Source: Gemmatimonadota bacterium (GTDB taxonomy: Bacteria; Gemmatimonadota; Gemmatimonadetes; Gemmatimonadales; Gemmatimonadaceae). From it: 64,000 nucleotides of DNA. The translations under genes and the position numbers were made by a program. The notes under the pieces are model-generated. The model was not told the DNA's origin, did no database searches, and worked only from the letters and a program-made list of their open reading frames with translations. The stretch covers positions 97,145 to 161,144 of the forward strand of contig JAPLKS010000011.1 in the NCBI GenBank assembly GCA_026387915.1, given 5' to 3'. The number at the start of each line of letters is the position of its first letter. Within the stretch, counting starts at the first letter, position 1. This document shows positions 26,996 through 36,567 of this stretch, one piece after another.

Positions 26996-27080
26996 TGCCG
27001 AGGCTGGGAATCGAACCCAGATGACCTTGCGGTCAAGGGATTTTAAGTCCCTCGCGTCTAGCCAATTTCGCCACCCCGGC
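26996..27080 (-). tRNA. tRNA-Leu (anticodon UAA), long variable arm, no encoded CCA
   Basis: GCCGGGGTGGCGAAATTGGCTAGACGCGAGGGACTTAAAATCCCTTGACCGCAAGGTCATCTGGGTTCGATTCCCAGCCTCGGCA. Cloverleaf folded by hand, with a 7-bp acceptor stem. Confidence 0.93.
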
Positions 27081-27176
27081 GGCCCATAAAGCTACAAACG
27101 GGAGATGACCGCGGCACCTGACCGCCGGCATCTCCCGCTCCCCAGCATACCGAACAACCCCCAACCACACGGACAG

Positions 27177-27249
27177 AGCGGGAAACGGGACTCGAACCCG
27201 CGACCCCAACCTTGGCAAGGTTGTGCTCTACCAACTGAGCTATTCCCGC
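27177..27249 (-). tRNA. tRNA-Gly (anticodon GCC)
   Basis: GCGGGAATAGCTCAGTTGGTAGAGCACAACCTTGCCAAGGTTGGGGTCGCGGGTTCGAGTCCCGTTTCCCGCT. Near-identical in form to the classical tRNA-Gly(GCC). Confidence 0.95.
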
Positions 27250-27258
27250 GTCGTTCGA

Positions 27259-27287
27259 ACAATACGTTGCTCACAGCACCGCTTCAA
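27259..27287 (-). promoter_or_regulatory. sigma70-like promoter for tRNA-Gly/tRNA-Leu
   Basis: Minus strand reads TTGAAG, a 17-nt spacer, then TATTGT. The -10 ends 9 nt before the tRNA-Gly 5' end. Confidence 0.5.
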
Positions 27288-27342
27288 GCGCGGCCACCGG
27301 CCTATGCCTCGCGCGGCCGGCGGCCGGCCAGATCGCCCAGTC

Positions 27343-29124
27343 CTATGGTCGCACTCCATGCGCATGTACCGTGTACCACACGGCGTACGCCAGCAACCCC
27401 GAAAGCGCGGCGTCTCCCCCGTGCGAAATGGCGCGCCCATCGGCATCCACAAACTCCGCGGCCCATCCGTGATCGAGCGGCGCGCGACGCAACCACTCGA
27501 GCACGCTCGACGCATCGGGGCCCAACAACCGCGCCAACTGCTGCGCCAGATGCGCGGGCGCTCCCTCCACCCGTTTGGCCGTGCGCCGATAAATCGAATC
27601 GGTGCGTTCCACCGCCTCAAACAGCGGCAGCCAGAGCGCCGAGGCAATGGGATCATCGTCCTGTGTGTACCCACCCGCGAGATCGGCCGCCGCAATAAAC
27701 GACGCCTTCCCGCCTTCCTCAATCACAAAGTGCCGCCGGATGGCCGCGCGCACGGCTTCGGGGTCCTGCAGCTCCTTCGCTTCTTCTTCGTCGAGTGTGC
27801 GCTTGAGGCAATCGAGCGCATACGCCACCACGGCGTTGCCGTGCAGCGTAAACGGTTTTGCGGCCGGCGCGCCAGAGAGCGTGACTTCCGTGTGATACAA
27901 CGGATGCTTTTTGTCGCGTCGCGTGCCGAGGTCGTCCGCAGAGTGATAGAGCGTATCGGCGAGGATCGGCTCCTCGACAATCTGATCGTCACCCGTCTCG
28001 CGGATGTAGCGCTCCGTGGCAATCGCATACGACGCGGCGCCCTCGAGCGTGAATCCCGGTTCAAACAGGGTACCGTCGAAGTAGTGCACGCCACGCCCTG
28101 GAGCATAGCCGTGCACTTCGCAGGCGCGAAGAATGAGCTCGCGTGCGAGTGGCGCATCGCCCAGCTGAATCGCGGGCACCGTCCACGCGAGCGCTTCCCA
28201 ATCACGCACCGTCACGCCGCGCACACACCAGGGCGCGCGACTCCGCACCAAATAAAACTGCGCGTCGTCGAGCGCACGCCCCACGCCATAGAAATAGGCA
28301 AAAAGCAAATGGCGATTGATCAGCGTGTCCACCGACTCCATGCCGGTGCCCTGCTCTAGCATGCGAATCGCGTCGCGCGTGAGATTGAGGAGCGCGCGCC
28401 AGCCACGGCGCTTGAGCACGGCGACGGTGGCGCAGGCGCCATCACGCTCGGGACCGGCGCCTACATAAAATGCCGCTTCCACGCGCCCTTTCCCCTCGAC
28501 GCGCAGCGCGCGTCGCATCGCAAAGGCGGGCGCAGCATCCCGGGTCACCTCGACCGTCACGTCACCATCGGCGGCGAGGGCGAGCGCCACGGGCCCCGAA
28601 GGCTCGGAGCCGTCGAGCACAATCACCTCGTGCACCGCCGTCGCGCGATGCGCATCGGTGAACGGGCGCGGCGAGAGCACCCGCAGTTGTCGGTGCCCCA
28701 GCGTGCCTTCCACCGCGAGACTGATGTCCGCCGCGGCCTCGCCGCGATTTTCCACCGCAAGCGCAATCACAAAACCGGCGATGTCCGCGTCGCGACCAAA
28801 GGGGGCAAAGATCGTCCCGCGCACCACGAGGTCGCCAACCGTGCTCGTAAAGGTGGGCAACCAATGCAGCGCCCGCTCCCACACCATCCCCTGCTCCGAG
28901 AGCGCCACCGCGCGGCCACCCACCGTCAGCGTGGGGCGCAGGAGCGGCGTCCCATTGCCGGTCATAAAATCGGCGCTGCCGGCGAACTCAATGGCCGATC
29001 GCGCACCCCGATGGAGCATCCCAACGGCATGGATGGCGGCGTCGGCGGGGTGCACACAGGGGATGGACAGCCAATGATTGCCCGTCAGCTGCCACGGTAC
29101 GGAGGGGATCGCGTCGTGTGTCAC
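27343..29124 (-). CDS. hypothetical cytoplasmic protein; possible beta-sandwich + (alpha/alpha)6-barrel glycoside-hydrolase-like fold (guess)
   Basis: 593-aa ORF with coding-like composition and no signal peptide. GTG start. No motif that I can name with confidence. Confidence 0.6.
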   Translation of the reverse strand: MTHDAIPSVPWQLTGNHWLSIPCVHPADAAIHAVGMLHRGARSAIEFAGSADFMTGNGTPLLRPTLTVGGRAVALSEQGMVWERALHWLPTFTSTVGDLVVRGTIFAPFGRDADIAGFVIALAVENRGEAAADISLAVEGTLGHRQLRVLSPRPFTDAHRATAVHEVIVLDGSEPSGPVALALAADGDVTVEVTRDAAPAFAMRRALRVEGKGRVEAAFYVGAGPERDGACATVAVLKRRGWRALLNLTRDAIRMLEQGTGMESVDTLINRHLLFAYFYGVGRALDDAQFYLVRSRAPWCVRGVTVRDWEALAWTVPAIQLGDAPLARELILRACEVHGYAPGRGVHYFDGTLFEPGFTLEGAASYAIATERYIRETGDDQIVEEPILADTLYHSADDLGTRRDKKHPLYHTEVTLSGAPAAKPFTLHGNAVVAYALDCLKRTLDEEEAKELQDPEAVRAAIRRHFVIEEGGKASFIAAADLAGGYTQDDDPIASALWLPLFEAVERTDSIYRRTAKRVEGAPAHLAQQLARLLGPDASSVLEWLRRAPLDHGWAAEFVDADGRAISHGGDAALSGLLAYAVWYTVHAHGVRP

Positions 29125-29211
29125 TGGGTATGACTTGGCGTTATCTTATGCATCTCGAGTGAAACGTAGCCGTTCACGCGGCGACTCGCTTCCCCTGACC
29201 ACCGTTTCGAC

Positions 29212-30918
29212 ATGCCGATTGCCCCGCGGTGCGCCGGCCGGCGCGCCAAGCAAACTGCCCTGTTTCTGGCTCTCAGCGCCCTGCTCTGCGCGCTGCCGGC
29301 CCGAGGTGGCGCGCAGTCGGTCCTCGGCGTGGGGGACGATGCCACGACCGTCCCACGGGGCGTGCTGCGTTGGCGTGCCGTGTCTGAGTGGCTGCAATAC
29401 GCCGAGCGATACGGCATGAATACGCCGGGCCGCAAAAACGGCACACTCGAACCGCTCGCCGTCAATTTTGGACTCGACACCCTCGGTCTCGCACAGTTCG
29501 AAAATCTCGCGCCGCTGCAGTCTGGCATTCGCACACTCGCCGGCATGCCGGATTTTGTTGCGTCGCTTGGCAAGAGCGTCGTGCAACTGCGCAATCAGGT
29601 GCAGACCACCCCGCTCTCGCTCGAGCTTGGACTGACCAATCGCATCACCATCGGCGCGTCGGTGCCCTTTGTGACCGCGAGCGCGAATGTCAGCTTTGCC
29701 ATGAATCCCAAAGGAATCGAAGGGACGCTCGGCTTCAATCCGGCTTTCAAGTTGCCGTCGGTGCTCGCACAGAACGGGGCGCTGATTAGTCAGTTCGACA
29801 GCGCGGCCGGCCAACTGGGGCGTGCCATCGCGACGTGCGCGGCGCTGCCATCCGCGCCGGGATGCACTGCCATCAATGCCAACGCCGCTGCCGCGCGTGC
29901 GCTCATTCAGAGTTCGACGAGTTTTGCCACGGCGCTCGCCTCCGTGTACGGCGGCCGCAATGGAAAAACCGGTGCGCTCTATGTACCGACGGCCGGGTCC
30001 ACCGCGCAGTTAGCCATCGCGGCGCGCGTCGCGGCCTTCCGCACATTGTACGGAGCCTTTGGCCTCAACATTGCCGGCAATGCGCCGGGAGGTGCGGCAC
30101 CGCTCACCATCACAGACGCGCAACGCATCTTTACCGATAGCGCGTTCGGCATGGGTGCCAAACCGCTGGCCACGAGTATCACACGCGGCATGGGCGACGT
30201 GGACTTCACGATCAAAGTGAATCTCTACGATTCCTTTGGGCGCGACACCAAAAAGCGACTGGCCCCCAAGGGGTTCAACATTCGCCAAAGCATTGGCGGC
30301 GTGTATCGCCTTGGCACAGGCACCACCGACTCCCCGGACGATTTCACGGACATCTGTACCGGCAACCATCAGAACGACGTCGAACTAAGGTCGTACACCG
30401 ACGTGATGTGGGGGCCGCATTTTTGGATGTCGCTCGTCGCCAAGTACAACTGGCAGATGGCCGACCAGCTCGTCATGCGCATCACGGAGGCGCCGAGCCT
30501 TCCGCTCGCGGCCGCGTATCGCAAACACATGGTCGCACGGGACCTCGGCGACATTGCGGAAATCGAAATCAATCCGCGGTGGTCCATCACGGAACATGTG
30601 AGCATCGCCGGGCAATACACGTATCGGCGCAAGTTCAATGACCAGTACACGGGGAGCTTTGCCGTGAACGACCTCAACGGCGCCCCAATCATCATTGACG
30701 CTGCCGCGCTCAACCAAGAGACCGAGGCACGCGAGCACCGGTTCGGCGGAGGCATTTCCTTTTCCACGCTCGCGGCGTTCGAGCGTGGCGAGGTGTCACT
30801 CCCCTTTGAAGTGAGCTATCTGCACTTTCAAACGACCCTAGGGAGCGGTGGCGCGGTGCCGAAACTCACGCAGGACCAAGTGCAGTTTCGCGTTTACACG
30901 CGCCTCTTCGGCCGCTGA
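29212..30918 (+). CDS. hypothetical secreted / outer-membrane beta-barrel-like protein
   Basis: Signal peptide ALFLALSALLCALPARGGAQ. The C-terminal half shows alternating hydrophobic beta-strand-like segments and ends in ...QVQFRVYTRLFGR. Confidence 0.65.
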   Translation: MPIAPRCAGRRAKQTALFLALSALLCALPARGGAQSVLGVGDDATTVPRGVLRWRAVSEWLQYAERYGMNTPGRKNGTLEPLAVNFGLDTLGLAQFENLAPLQSGIRTLAGMPDFVASLGKSVVQLRNQVQTTPLSLELGLTNRITIGASVPFVTASANVSFAMNPKGIEGTLGFNPAFKLPSVLAQNGALISQFDSAAGQLGRAIATCAALPSAPGCTAINANAAAARALIQSSTSFATALASVYGGRNGKTGALYVPTAGSTAQLAIAARVAAFRTLYGAFGLNIAGNAPGGAAPLTITDAQRIFTDSAFGMGAKPLATSITRGMGDVDFTIKVNLYDSFGRDTKKRLAPKGFNIRQSIGGVYRLGTGTTDSPDDFTDICTGNHQNDVELRSYTDVMWGPHFWMSLVAKYNWQMADQLVMRITEAPSLPLAAAYRKHMVARDLGDIAEIEINPRWSITEHVSIAGQYTYRRKFNDQYTGSFAVNDLNGAPIIIDAAALNQETEAREHRFGGGISFSTLAAFERGEVSLPFEVSYLHFQTTLGSGGAVPKLTQDQVQFRVYTRLFGR

Positions 30919-32672
30919 GCTTTTGCGGGCGCGGCCGCCTCTGACGAGGCACCGCTGCTCGAATGGACCGGCTCGGCGATCGCCTCGGGCGCGATACCCT
31001 GCGCTCCCGACGCGACCGCGAGCAACTCCCGCGCGTGTTCGCGACTCACCGAGCTCTCCGCGTCGCCGCCCAACATTCGCGCGACTTCGCGCACGCGCGC
31101 ATCCCCGTCGGCAATCGTGATGTCGGCCGTGGTCACGCCGCCTCGCGCGCCCTTGCTCACCACAATGTGATGGTGCGCGCGCGCCGCGATCTGCGGTAGA
31201 TGCGTAATGGCAAACACCTGATGGTGACCCGCTACGCGTCGCATCGCGTCGCCGACCATCAAACCGGTCTTGCCGCCGATCCCCGCATCCACTTCGTCAA
31301 AGATGAGCGTGGGTACGTGATCAATGCGCGCAAGAATGGTTTTCAGCGCGAGCATCACGCGCGCCAACTCACCACCGGACGCCACACGCGCCAACGCGCG
31401 CGCCTCGTGTCCGAGATTGAGCGCCACACGAAACTCCACCGATTCAGCGCCAACGGCCAACGCTTCTGTCCGTGGCGTCAGCGCCACGGAAAAATGACCG
31501 TCGGGCATGCCGAGTGGTGGGAGCTGCGCATCCACGGCGGTCGCGAGACGTTTGGCGGCTACGGTGCGTTTCTTTGAGAGGCGCGCGGCAGACTCGACGA
31601 GCGCGGCTGCCGCAGCGGTCACCCGTTGTTCCAACGCGCGCTGGTCGAGCGCGGCCGTGTCGAGCAGGTCGAGTTCGGCCTGCGCCTCGCGCGCCGCCTG
31701 CACGGCCAGCGCCACCGTGCCACCGTGCTTCTTTACAAGCCGGAACACGAGATCGCGCCGGCGCTCGACATCCGCGAGCCGTGCAGGGTCGTGCTCCACC
31801 GTTGCGAGATACCCCTGCGACTCGCGATTCAGTTCCTCGAGCGCGTAGTACGCGGCATCGTACAGTTCCTGCAGCCGTGCCGTGGACGGATCGATCTTCT
31901 GCAAGGCGCCGAGCGTGCGCTGCAAGTGGCCGACGCGCGCGAGCACGGCTTCGTCGCCGGTCTCGAGGACGTCCATGATTTCACCGGAGAGCGCGCGCAA
32001 TTCCTCTGCGTGTGTCAGGCGACGGGCTTCGTCCTCAAGGCGCGCGTCCTCCCCTTCTTCGAGGCGGGCATCGCCTATCTCACGTGCCACATGGCGGAGC
32101 CAGTCCGCGCGCTTGGCGGCATCGTCGCGACGGCGCTCGAGGTCACGCATCGAGGCGCGCGCGCCCTGTAACTCCGCGTATGCACTGGCTACTTCCGCGG
32201 CCTCGGCGGTGGCATCGCCGAACGCATCGAGAATGGCGCGTTGCGAATCTTCGTCGAGCAACGCGTGCGCCTCGTGCTGACCGTGCACCGTGACTAACAT
32301 TTGCCCGAGTTCACCGAGCACCGACGCCGTCACGGGCGTGCCGTTCACCCAAGCCCGAGCGCGACCGGCACCGGCCGCCACCTCACGTTTGAGCACCAGC
32401 ACTTCGCCTTCGTGCTCGATGCCGTGCGCATCCAGCGCCACCGCCACCGCCGGCGTCCCCGACACATCGAACACCCCTTCGACGGTCGCGCGCTCAGCGC
32501 CCGTGCGCACGAGATCGCTCGCGGCGCGTTCGCCGATTAGCAGCCCAAGCGCACCGACAATAATCGACTTTCCCGCGCCCGTCTCGCCCGTGAGCGCATT
32601 GAACCCCGGCGCCAGCGGCAGCGTGACCGACTCGATGATGGCGAAATTGCGAATTCGTAGTTCAGTGAGCAA
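30894..32672 (-). CDS. recN: DNA repair protein RecN
   Basis: LTELRIRNFAIIESV...LTGETGAGKSIIV...FDEVDAGIGG. Trimmed to TTG 32672, right after the nadK stop at 32674. Confidence 0.9.
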   Translation of the reverse strand: MLTELRIRNFAIIESVTLPLAPGFNALTGETGAGKSIIVGALGLLIGERAASDLVRTGAERATVEGVFDVSGTPAVAVALDAHGIEHEGEVLVLKREVAAGAGRARAWVNGTPVTASVLGELGQMLVTVHGQHEAHALLDEDSQRAILDAFGDATAEAAEVASAYAELQGARASMRDLERRRDDAAKRADWLRHVAREIGDARLEEGEDARLEDEARRLTHAEELRALSGEIMDVLETGDEAVLARVGHLQRTLGALQKIDPSTARLQELYDAAYYALEELNRESQGYLATVEHDPARLADVERRRDLVFRLVKKHGGTVALAVQAAREAQAELDLLDTAALDQRALEQRVTAAAAALVESAARLSKKRTVAAKRLATAVDAQLPPLGMPDGHFSVALTPRTEALAVGAESVEFRVALNLGHEARALARVASGGELARVMLALKTILARIDHVPTLIFDEVDAGIGGKTGLMVGDAMRRVAGHHQVFAITHLPQIAARAHHHIVVSKGARGGVTTADITIADGDARVREVARMLGGDAESSVSREHARELLAVASGAQGIAPEAIAEPVHSSSGASSEAAAPAKAQRPKRRV

Positions 32673-32673
32673 C

Positions 32674-33537
32674 TCAGTCGTCCCGTTCGGCCAATCCGCC
32701 CCAGCCGAGTTTGCGGCGCACGAGTCCAAAGAACGTCGTGCCCGAGAAACGCACAAGAATCACCGACTGCGACGACCGTCGCAGGGAGAGCGCGTGTCCG
32801 GCCCCTAAGCTGGTCCCAACTTGTCCGTCGGCCGTCACCAAAACATCCTCGGGCGCATCATCCGCACGCACCAGAATCTCAGCGCTCGGCGGCAACAGCA
32901 ACGGACGCACGGCCATCGTGTGCGGCGCCACCGGTGTCACGAGAATGGAGTCAACCGTTGGCGCCACGATCGGGCCGCCGGCCGACAACGAGTACGCCGT
33001 GGAACCCGTTGGCGTGGAGACAACAATGCCGTCGGCGGCCAGCGAACCGATCGCCTCACCGTCCACCGACAGGTGCAGCCGTAACACGCGCGCAAAGCCG
33101 CCTTTATGCAACACAATGTCGTTGAGCGCACGCAGCTTCACACCAGGAACGCCATTCGCATCGAGCGCCGTGGCCTCGAGCACCATGCGCTCATCGGCCT
33201 CGAACTGCCCCTTGGCAAATTTCGGCAGCAGTCGCGGAAACTCTTTGACGCGGCTACTCGTGAGAAAACCGAGGCGTCCTAGATTGACGCCAAGGATCGG
33301 CACACGCGCGCCGTCGAGGTAACGTGCGGCGCGGAGCAACGTGCCATCGCCGCCGAGCGACAGCAGGCCGTCGAGATTCGCCGGGCTCGACAGCGCCGTA
33401 AACGACGGTGCCAGCGGAAGCAAATGCGACTCCGCATGAATCTCGAGCCCGAGCCGCGGCGCCTCGCGCACGAGGACCTCTAGAATCTCGGTGATTCCTT
33501 CGTAGCCAGGATGGGCAATGACGCCGATGCGCTTCAT
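32674..33537 (-). CDS. nadK: NAD kinase
   Basis: LSLGGDGTLL...GVNLGRLGFL...STPTGSTAYSLSAGGPI. Confidence 0.93.
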   Translation of the reverse strand: MKRIGVIAHPGYEGITEILEVLVREAPRLGLEIHAESHLLPLAPSFTALSSPANLDGLLSLGGDGTLLRAARYLDGARVPILGVNLGRLGFLTSSRVKEFPRLLPKFAKGQFEADERMVLEATALDANGVPGVKLRALNDIVLHKGGFARVLRLHLSVDGEAIGSLAADGIVVSTPTGSTAYSLSAGGPIVAPTVDSILVTPVAPHTMAVRPLLLPPSAEILVRADDAPEDVLVTADGQVGTSLGAGHALSLRRSSQSVILVRFSGTTFFGLVRRKLGWGGLAERDD

Positions 33538-35432
33538 GAGGCGACGGCCTCGCTACTGTGCAGCGCGCGCACTTTGTCAGCAATGCCATCGGCATCGAGG
33601 CCACACAGCGCGAGCTGACGGTCGCGCGAGGCCGCGTAGATAATGCGGTCAGGGACGCCGTGCGCAATCACACGCACCGAGGGTTCCATCGCCTGCACCA
33701 CGCTCGCCATATAGGCTCCAAATCCGTTCACGACCGTCCCCTCCTCCACCACGAGCAACTGGCGGTGATCGGCGACGAGCGCCGCCAACGTGAGCTGATC
33801 GTACGGTTTGAGATAGCGGCAGTTCACCACGGTCACGGCAATGCCTTCGGCTGCCAGCGTATCGGCGGCCGCGAGCGCCTGCAACACCATCGTCCCGACG
33901 GCGAGGATGGCCACCCCCTGCCCACTGCGCAGCACCTCCCACGTACCCGGCGCAACCGCCGGAATCTCAGCAATCGCCGGCACGATGTCCGGCGAGGCGT
34001 CGCGCGGATAGCGCACGGAGAACGGCCCCGCCTCATGCGCCACACCCGTGCGCAGCAGACCGAGCAACTCCCGGCCGTCCTTCGGCGCGGTCACCGTCAT
34101 GTTGGGCACGGAGAGCATATACGCAATGTCATAGAGCCCGGCATGCGTTTCGCCGTCCTCGCCTACCAACCCCGCACGGTCGAGACAAAACACCACGGGG
34201 AGCCCTTGGATGGCCACGTCGTGCACAATGTTGTCAAAAGCGCGTTGCAAGAACGTGGAGTAGATCGCGACCACGGGACGCACGCCACGCGTGGCCATCC
34301 CTGCCGCCATCGTCACCGCGTGTCCCTCGGCGATCCCAACATCGAACAGTCGGGTGGGATGCGCTTTCACAATCTGATTCGTGCCGGTTCCACTCGGCAT
34401 CGCCGCCGTAATCACCGCGACGCGGTCATTCTCGCTCATCAACTCGGCGAGTCCTTTGCCGAACACCGCCGTGTAGTTGGCGTTCGCCGTCGAGGTCTTG
34501 CGCTGCTTACCCGTGGTAGGATCGTGGCCCGGTGGCAACGCGTGCCACTTCTCTACATGCTCACCGGCCGGAAATCCTCTGCCCTTTTGCGTAATGACAT
34601 GCACGAGCCGCGGACCCTTCAACTCGCGCACGGCCTTGAAGGTGTCCACCAACTGACCGAGGTCGTGACCGTCAATCGGACCAAAGTAGCGGAAGCCAAG
34701 TTCTTCGAAGAGCACGCCGGGTGTCAGGAACGTTTTGACGCTCTCTTCCCAGCGGCGGAGAATCTTGCCGGCGTCGTGCAGTACGCCCGGCGCATGATCG
34801 GCGATCTCGCCGAGCGCGGAGCGAATGCGGTTGTAGATGGGGTTGCGCTGCACCGAGGTGAGGTACTTATGCATGGCGCCCACATTCGGCGCAATCGACA
34901 TTTCGTTGTCGTTGAGCACCACAATGAAATCGCAATCCGTCGCGCCGGCATTGTTGAGCCCTTCGTACGCGAGACCGCTCCCCATGGAGCCGTCGCCAAT
35001 GATCGACACGACCTTGAACTGCTCGCCACGCAAATCGCGTCCCACGGCAATCCCGTAGCCCGCGCTAATCGACGTCGCCGCATGCCCTGCGCCAAACGCA
35101 TCGTATTCGCTTTCGGAACGCTTGAGGAATCCAGACAATCCGCCTTCTTGCCGCAGCGTGTGCATCCGGTCGGCGCGCCCTGTGAGCACTTTGTGCGGAT
35201 AGCCTTGGTGTCCCACGTCCCACACCAACTGATCGCGCGGCGTGTCAAACGACGCGTGCAGTGCGATGGTGAGTTCCACCACACCCAACCCCGCGCCGAT
35301 ATGGCCGCCCGTCATCGAGCAGCTTTCGATCAGGAACGCACGCATCTCCGCGGCCAGCGCGACCATCTGCTCGGTCGAGAGGTGGCGGAGTTCAGCAGGC
35401 GTGGGGAACGTCGGAATGCTCTTATTGGGCAC
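33534..35432 (-). CDS. dxs: 1-deoxy-D-xylulose-5-phosphate synthase
   Basis: GGHIGAGLGVVELT...WDVGHQGYPHK...GDGSMGSGLAYEGLNNAG. Confidence 0.95.
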   Translation of the reverse strand: MPNKSIPTFPTPAELRHLSTEQMVALAAEMRAFLIESCSMTGGHIGAGLGVVELTIALHASFDTPRDQLVWDVGHQGYPHKVLTGRADRMHTLRQEGGLSGFLKRSESEYDAFGAGHAATSISAGYGIAVGRDLRGEQFKVVSIIGDGSMGSGLAYEGLNNAGATDCDFIVVLNDNEMSIAPNVGAMHKYLTSVQRNPIYNRIRSALGEIADHAPGVLHDAGKILRRWEESVKTFLTPGVLFEELGFRYFGPIDGHDLGQLVDTFKAVRELKGPRLVHVITQKGRGFPAGEHVEKWHALPPGHDPTTGKQRKTSTANANYTAVFGKGLAELMSENDRVAVITAAMPSGTGTNQIVKAHPTRLFDVGIAEGHAVTMAAGMATRGVRPVVAIYSTFLQRAFDNIVHDVAIQGLPVVFCLDRAGLVGEDGETHAGLYDIAYMLSVPNMTVTAPKDGRELLGLLRTGVAHEAGPFSVRYPRDASPDIVPAIAEIPAVAPGTWEVLRSGQGVAILAVGTMVLQALAAADTLAAEGIAVTVVNCRYLKPYDQLTLAALVADHRQLLVVEEGTVVNGFGAYMASVVQAMEPSVRVIAHGVPDRIIYAASRDRQLALCGLDADGIADKVRALHSSEAVAS

Positions 35433-35453
35433 GTCAGTCAGTGTTCGAGTGAA

Positions 35454-36356
35454 TCAAGAACGGCGGTGCACGATCAGCTGCGCTAACTGCACCAGCGACG
35501 GGGAGGCAATGCCCTGCGCGGTCAGCGCGTCACAGGCTTCGGTGCACAACGCCTCAGCCCGCGCACGGGCAGCATCCACCCCCATCAACGAGGGGTAGGT
35601 ACTTTTCTGAAATGCAACATCTTTCCCAGCGGTCTTGCCCAGTTCGTCCGTGGTCGCCGTGACGTCGAGGACATCATCGGCAATCTGGAAGGCGAGGCCA
35701 ATGGCATCGCCGTAGCGACCCAACGCACGGAGCACGTCCGCGTCTGCTCCAGCCGCGAGTGCGCCAATACGCGCACTCGCACTGATCAGTGCGCCGGTCT
35801 TGAGACGATGCACCCGTTCGAGGTCGGTCAGCGACAACGATTGTCCCTCGCCGTCTAGATCGAGGAGCTGTCCCCCAACCATGCCACCGGCCCCAGACGC
35901 CTGCATCAGCGTCCTCACGATCGCGCCCGTTGCAATATCCGAGAGTCCCATCGCGCGCGCGGCCTCCACGGCCGCCTGCGCGGCGAGTGGCACCATCACG
36001 AGCCCAGCGGCAGACGCGGCCGCTACGCCAAACACCACGTGAACCGTCGGCCGACCGCGCCGCATCGCATCGTCGTCCATACACGGCAGATCGTCGTGCA
36101 CGAGCGAATAGGCATGCACCACTTCCACGGCCGCGGCCAGCGCGCTCACATCACCTGTACCGCCTGCGGCGCGATACGCCGCCGTCAGCAACACGCCGCG
36201 CAGTCGCTTCCCCTCGCCCGCGAGCGCATACCGCACGCTCTCCACCACGGCGGAGTCGAGCCCCGGCACGCCTGCCTCAGCGAGGCGCGCGAGCGCGATG
36301 CCGATCGCCTGGCGATCCGCGACAAAATCCGGAGTGCGCGCCGCGACCGCGATCAC
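35454..36356 (-). CDS. ispA: (2E,6E)-farnesyl/geranyl diphosphate synthase (polyprenyl synthetase)
   Basis: First DDxxD block in YSLVHDDLPCMDDDAMRRG; second in FQIADDVLD. Confidence 0.9.
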   Translation of the reverse strand: MIAVAARTPDFVADRQAIGIALARLAEAGVPGLDSAVVESVRYALAGEGKRLRGVLLTAAYRAAGGTGDVSALAAAVEVVHAYSLVHDDLPCMDDDAMRRGRPTVHVVFGVAAASAAGLVMVPLAAQAAVEAARAMGLSDIATGAIVRTLMQASGAGGMVGGQLLDLDGEGQSLSLTDLERVHRLKTGALISASARIGALAAGADADVLRALGRYGDAIGLAFQIADDVLDVTATTDELGKTAGKDVAFQKSTYPSLMGVDAARARAEALCTEACDALTAQGIASPSLVQLAQLIVHRRS

Positions 36357-36556
36357 TCACGCACCTCCAGCACGCCGTCCACCTGCTCCACGAGCTGCCC
36401 CACGCGTCCTTCCGCCTGCGTCAGCGCGGCATTGGCTTCTTTGAGCTGCGCGATGCCTTCTTCAAACAACGCCAGCGACTGCTCGAGCGAGAGGTCATCG
36501 CGATCGAGGCTCGTGGCAATCTGTTCTAGGCGATTCAGCGATGTTTCAAAGCTCAT
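36353..36556 (-). CDS. xseB: exodeoxyribonuclease VII small subunit
   Basis: MSFETSLNRLEQIATSLDRDDLSLEQSLALFEEG. Confidence 0.9.
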   Translation of the reverse strand: MSFETSLNRLEQIATSLDRDDLSLEQSLALFEEGIAQLKEANAALTQAEGRVGQLVEQVDGVLEVRE

Positions 36557-36567
36557 CGTTCAGCAGC

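Noticed and set aside
27105-27698. 197-aa and neighbouring plus/minus ORFs spanning the tRNA-Gly/tRNA-Leu region
   Set aside because: They run through two well-folded tRNA genes and their promoter, and are Pro/Arg-rich. Not coding.
33558-35486. 642-aa plus-strand ORF
   Set aside because: Antisense shadow of dxs, whose TPP-binding motifs are unambiguous on the minus strand.
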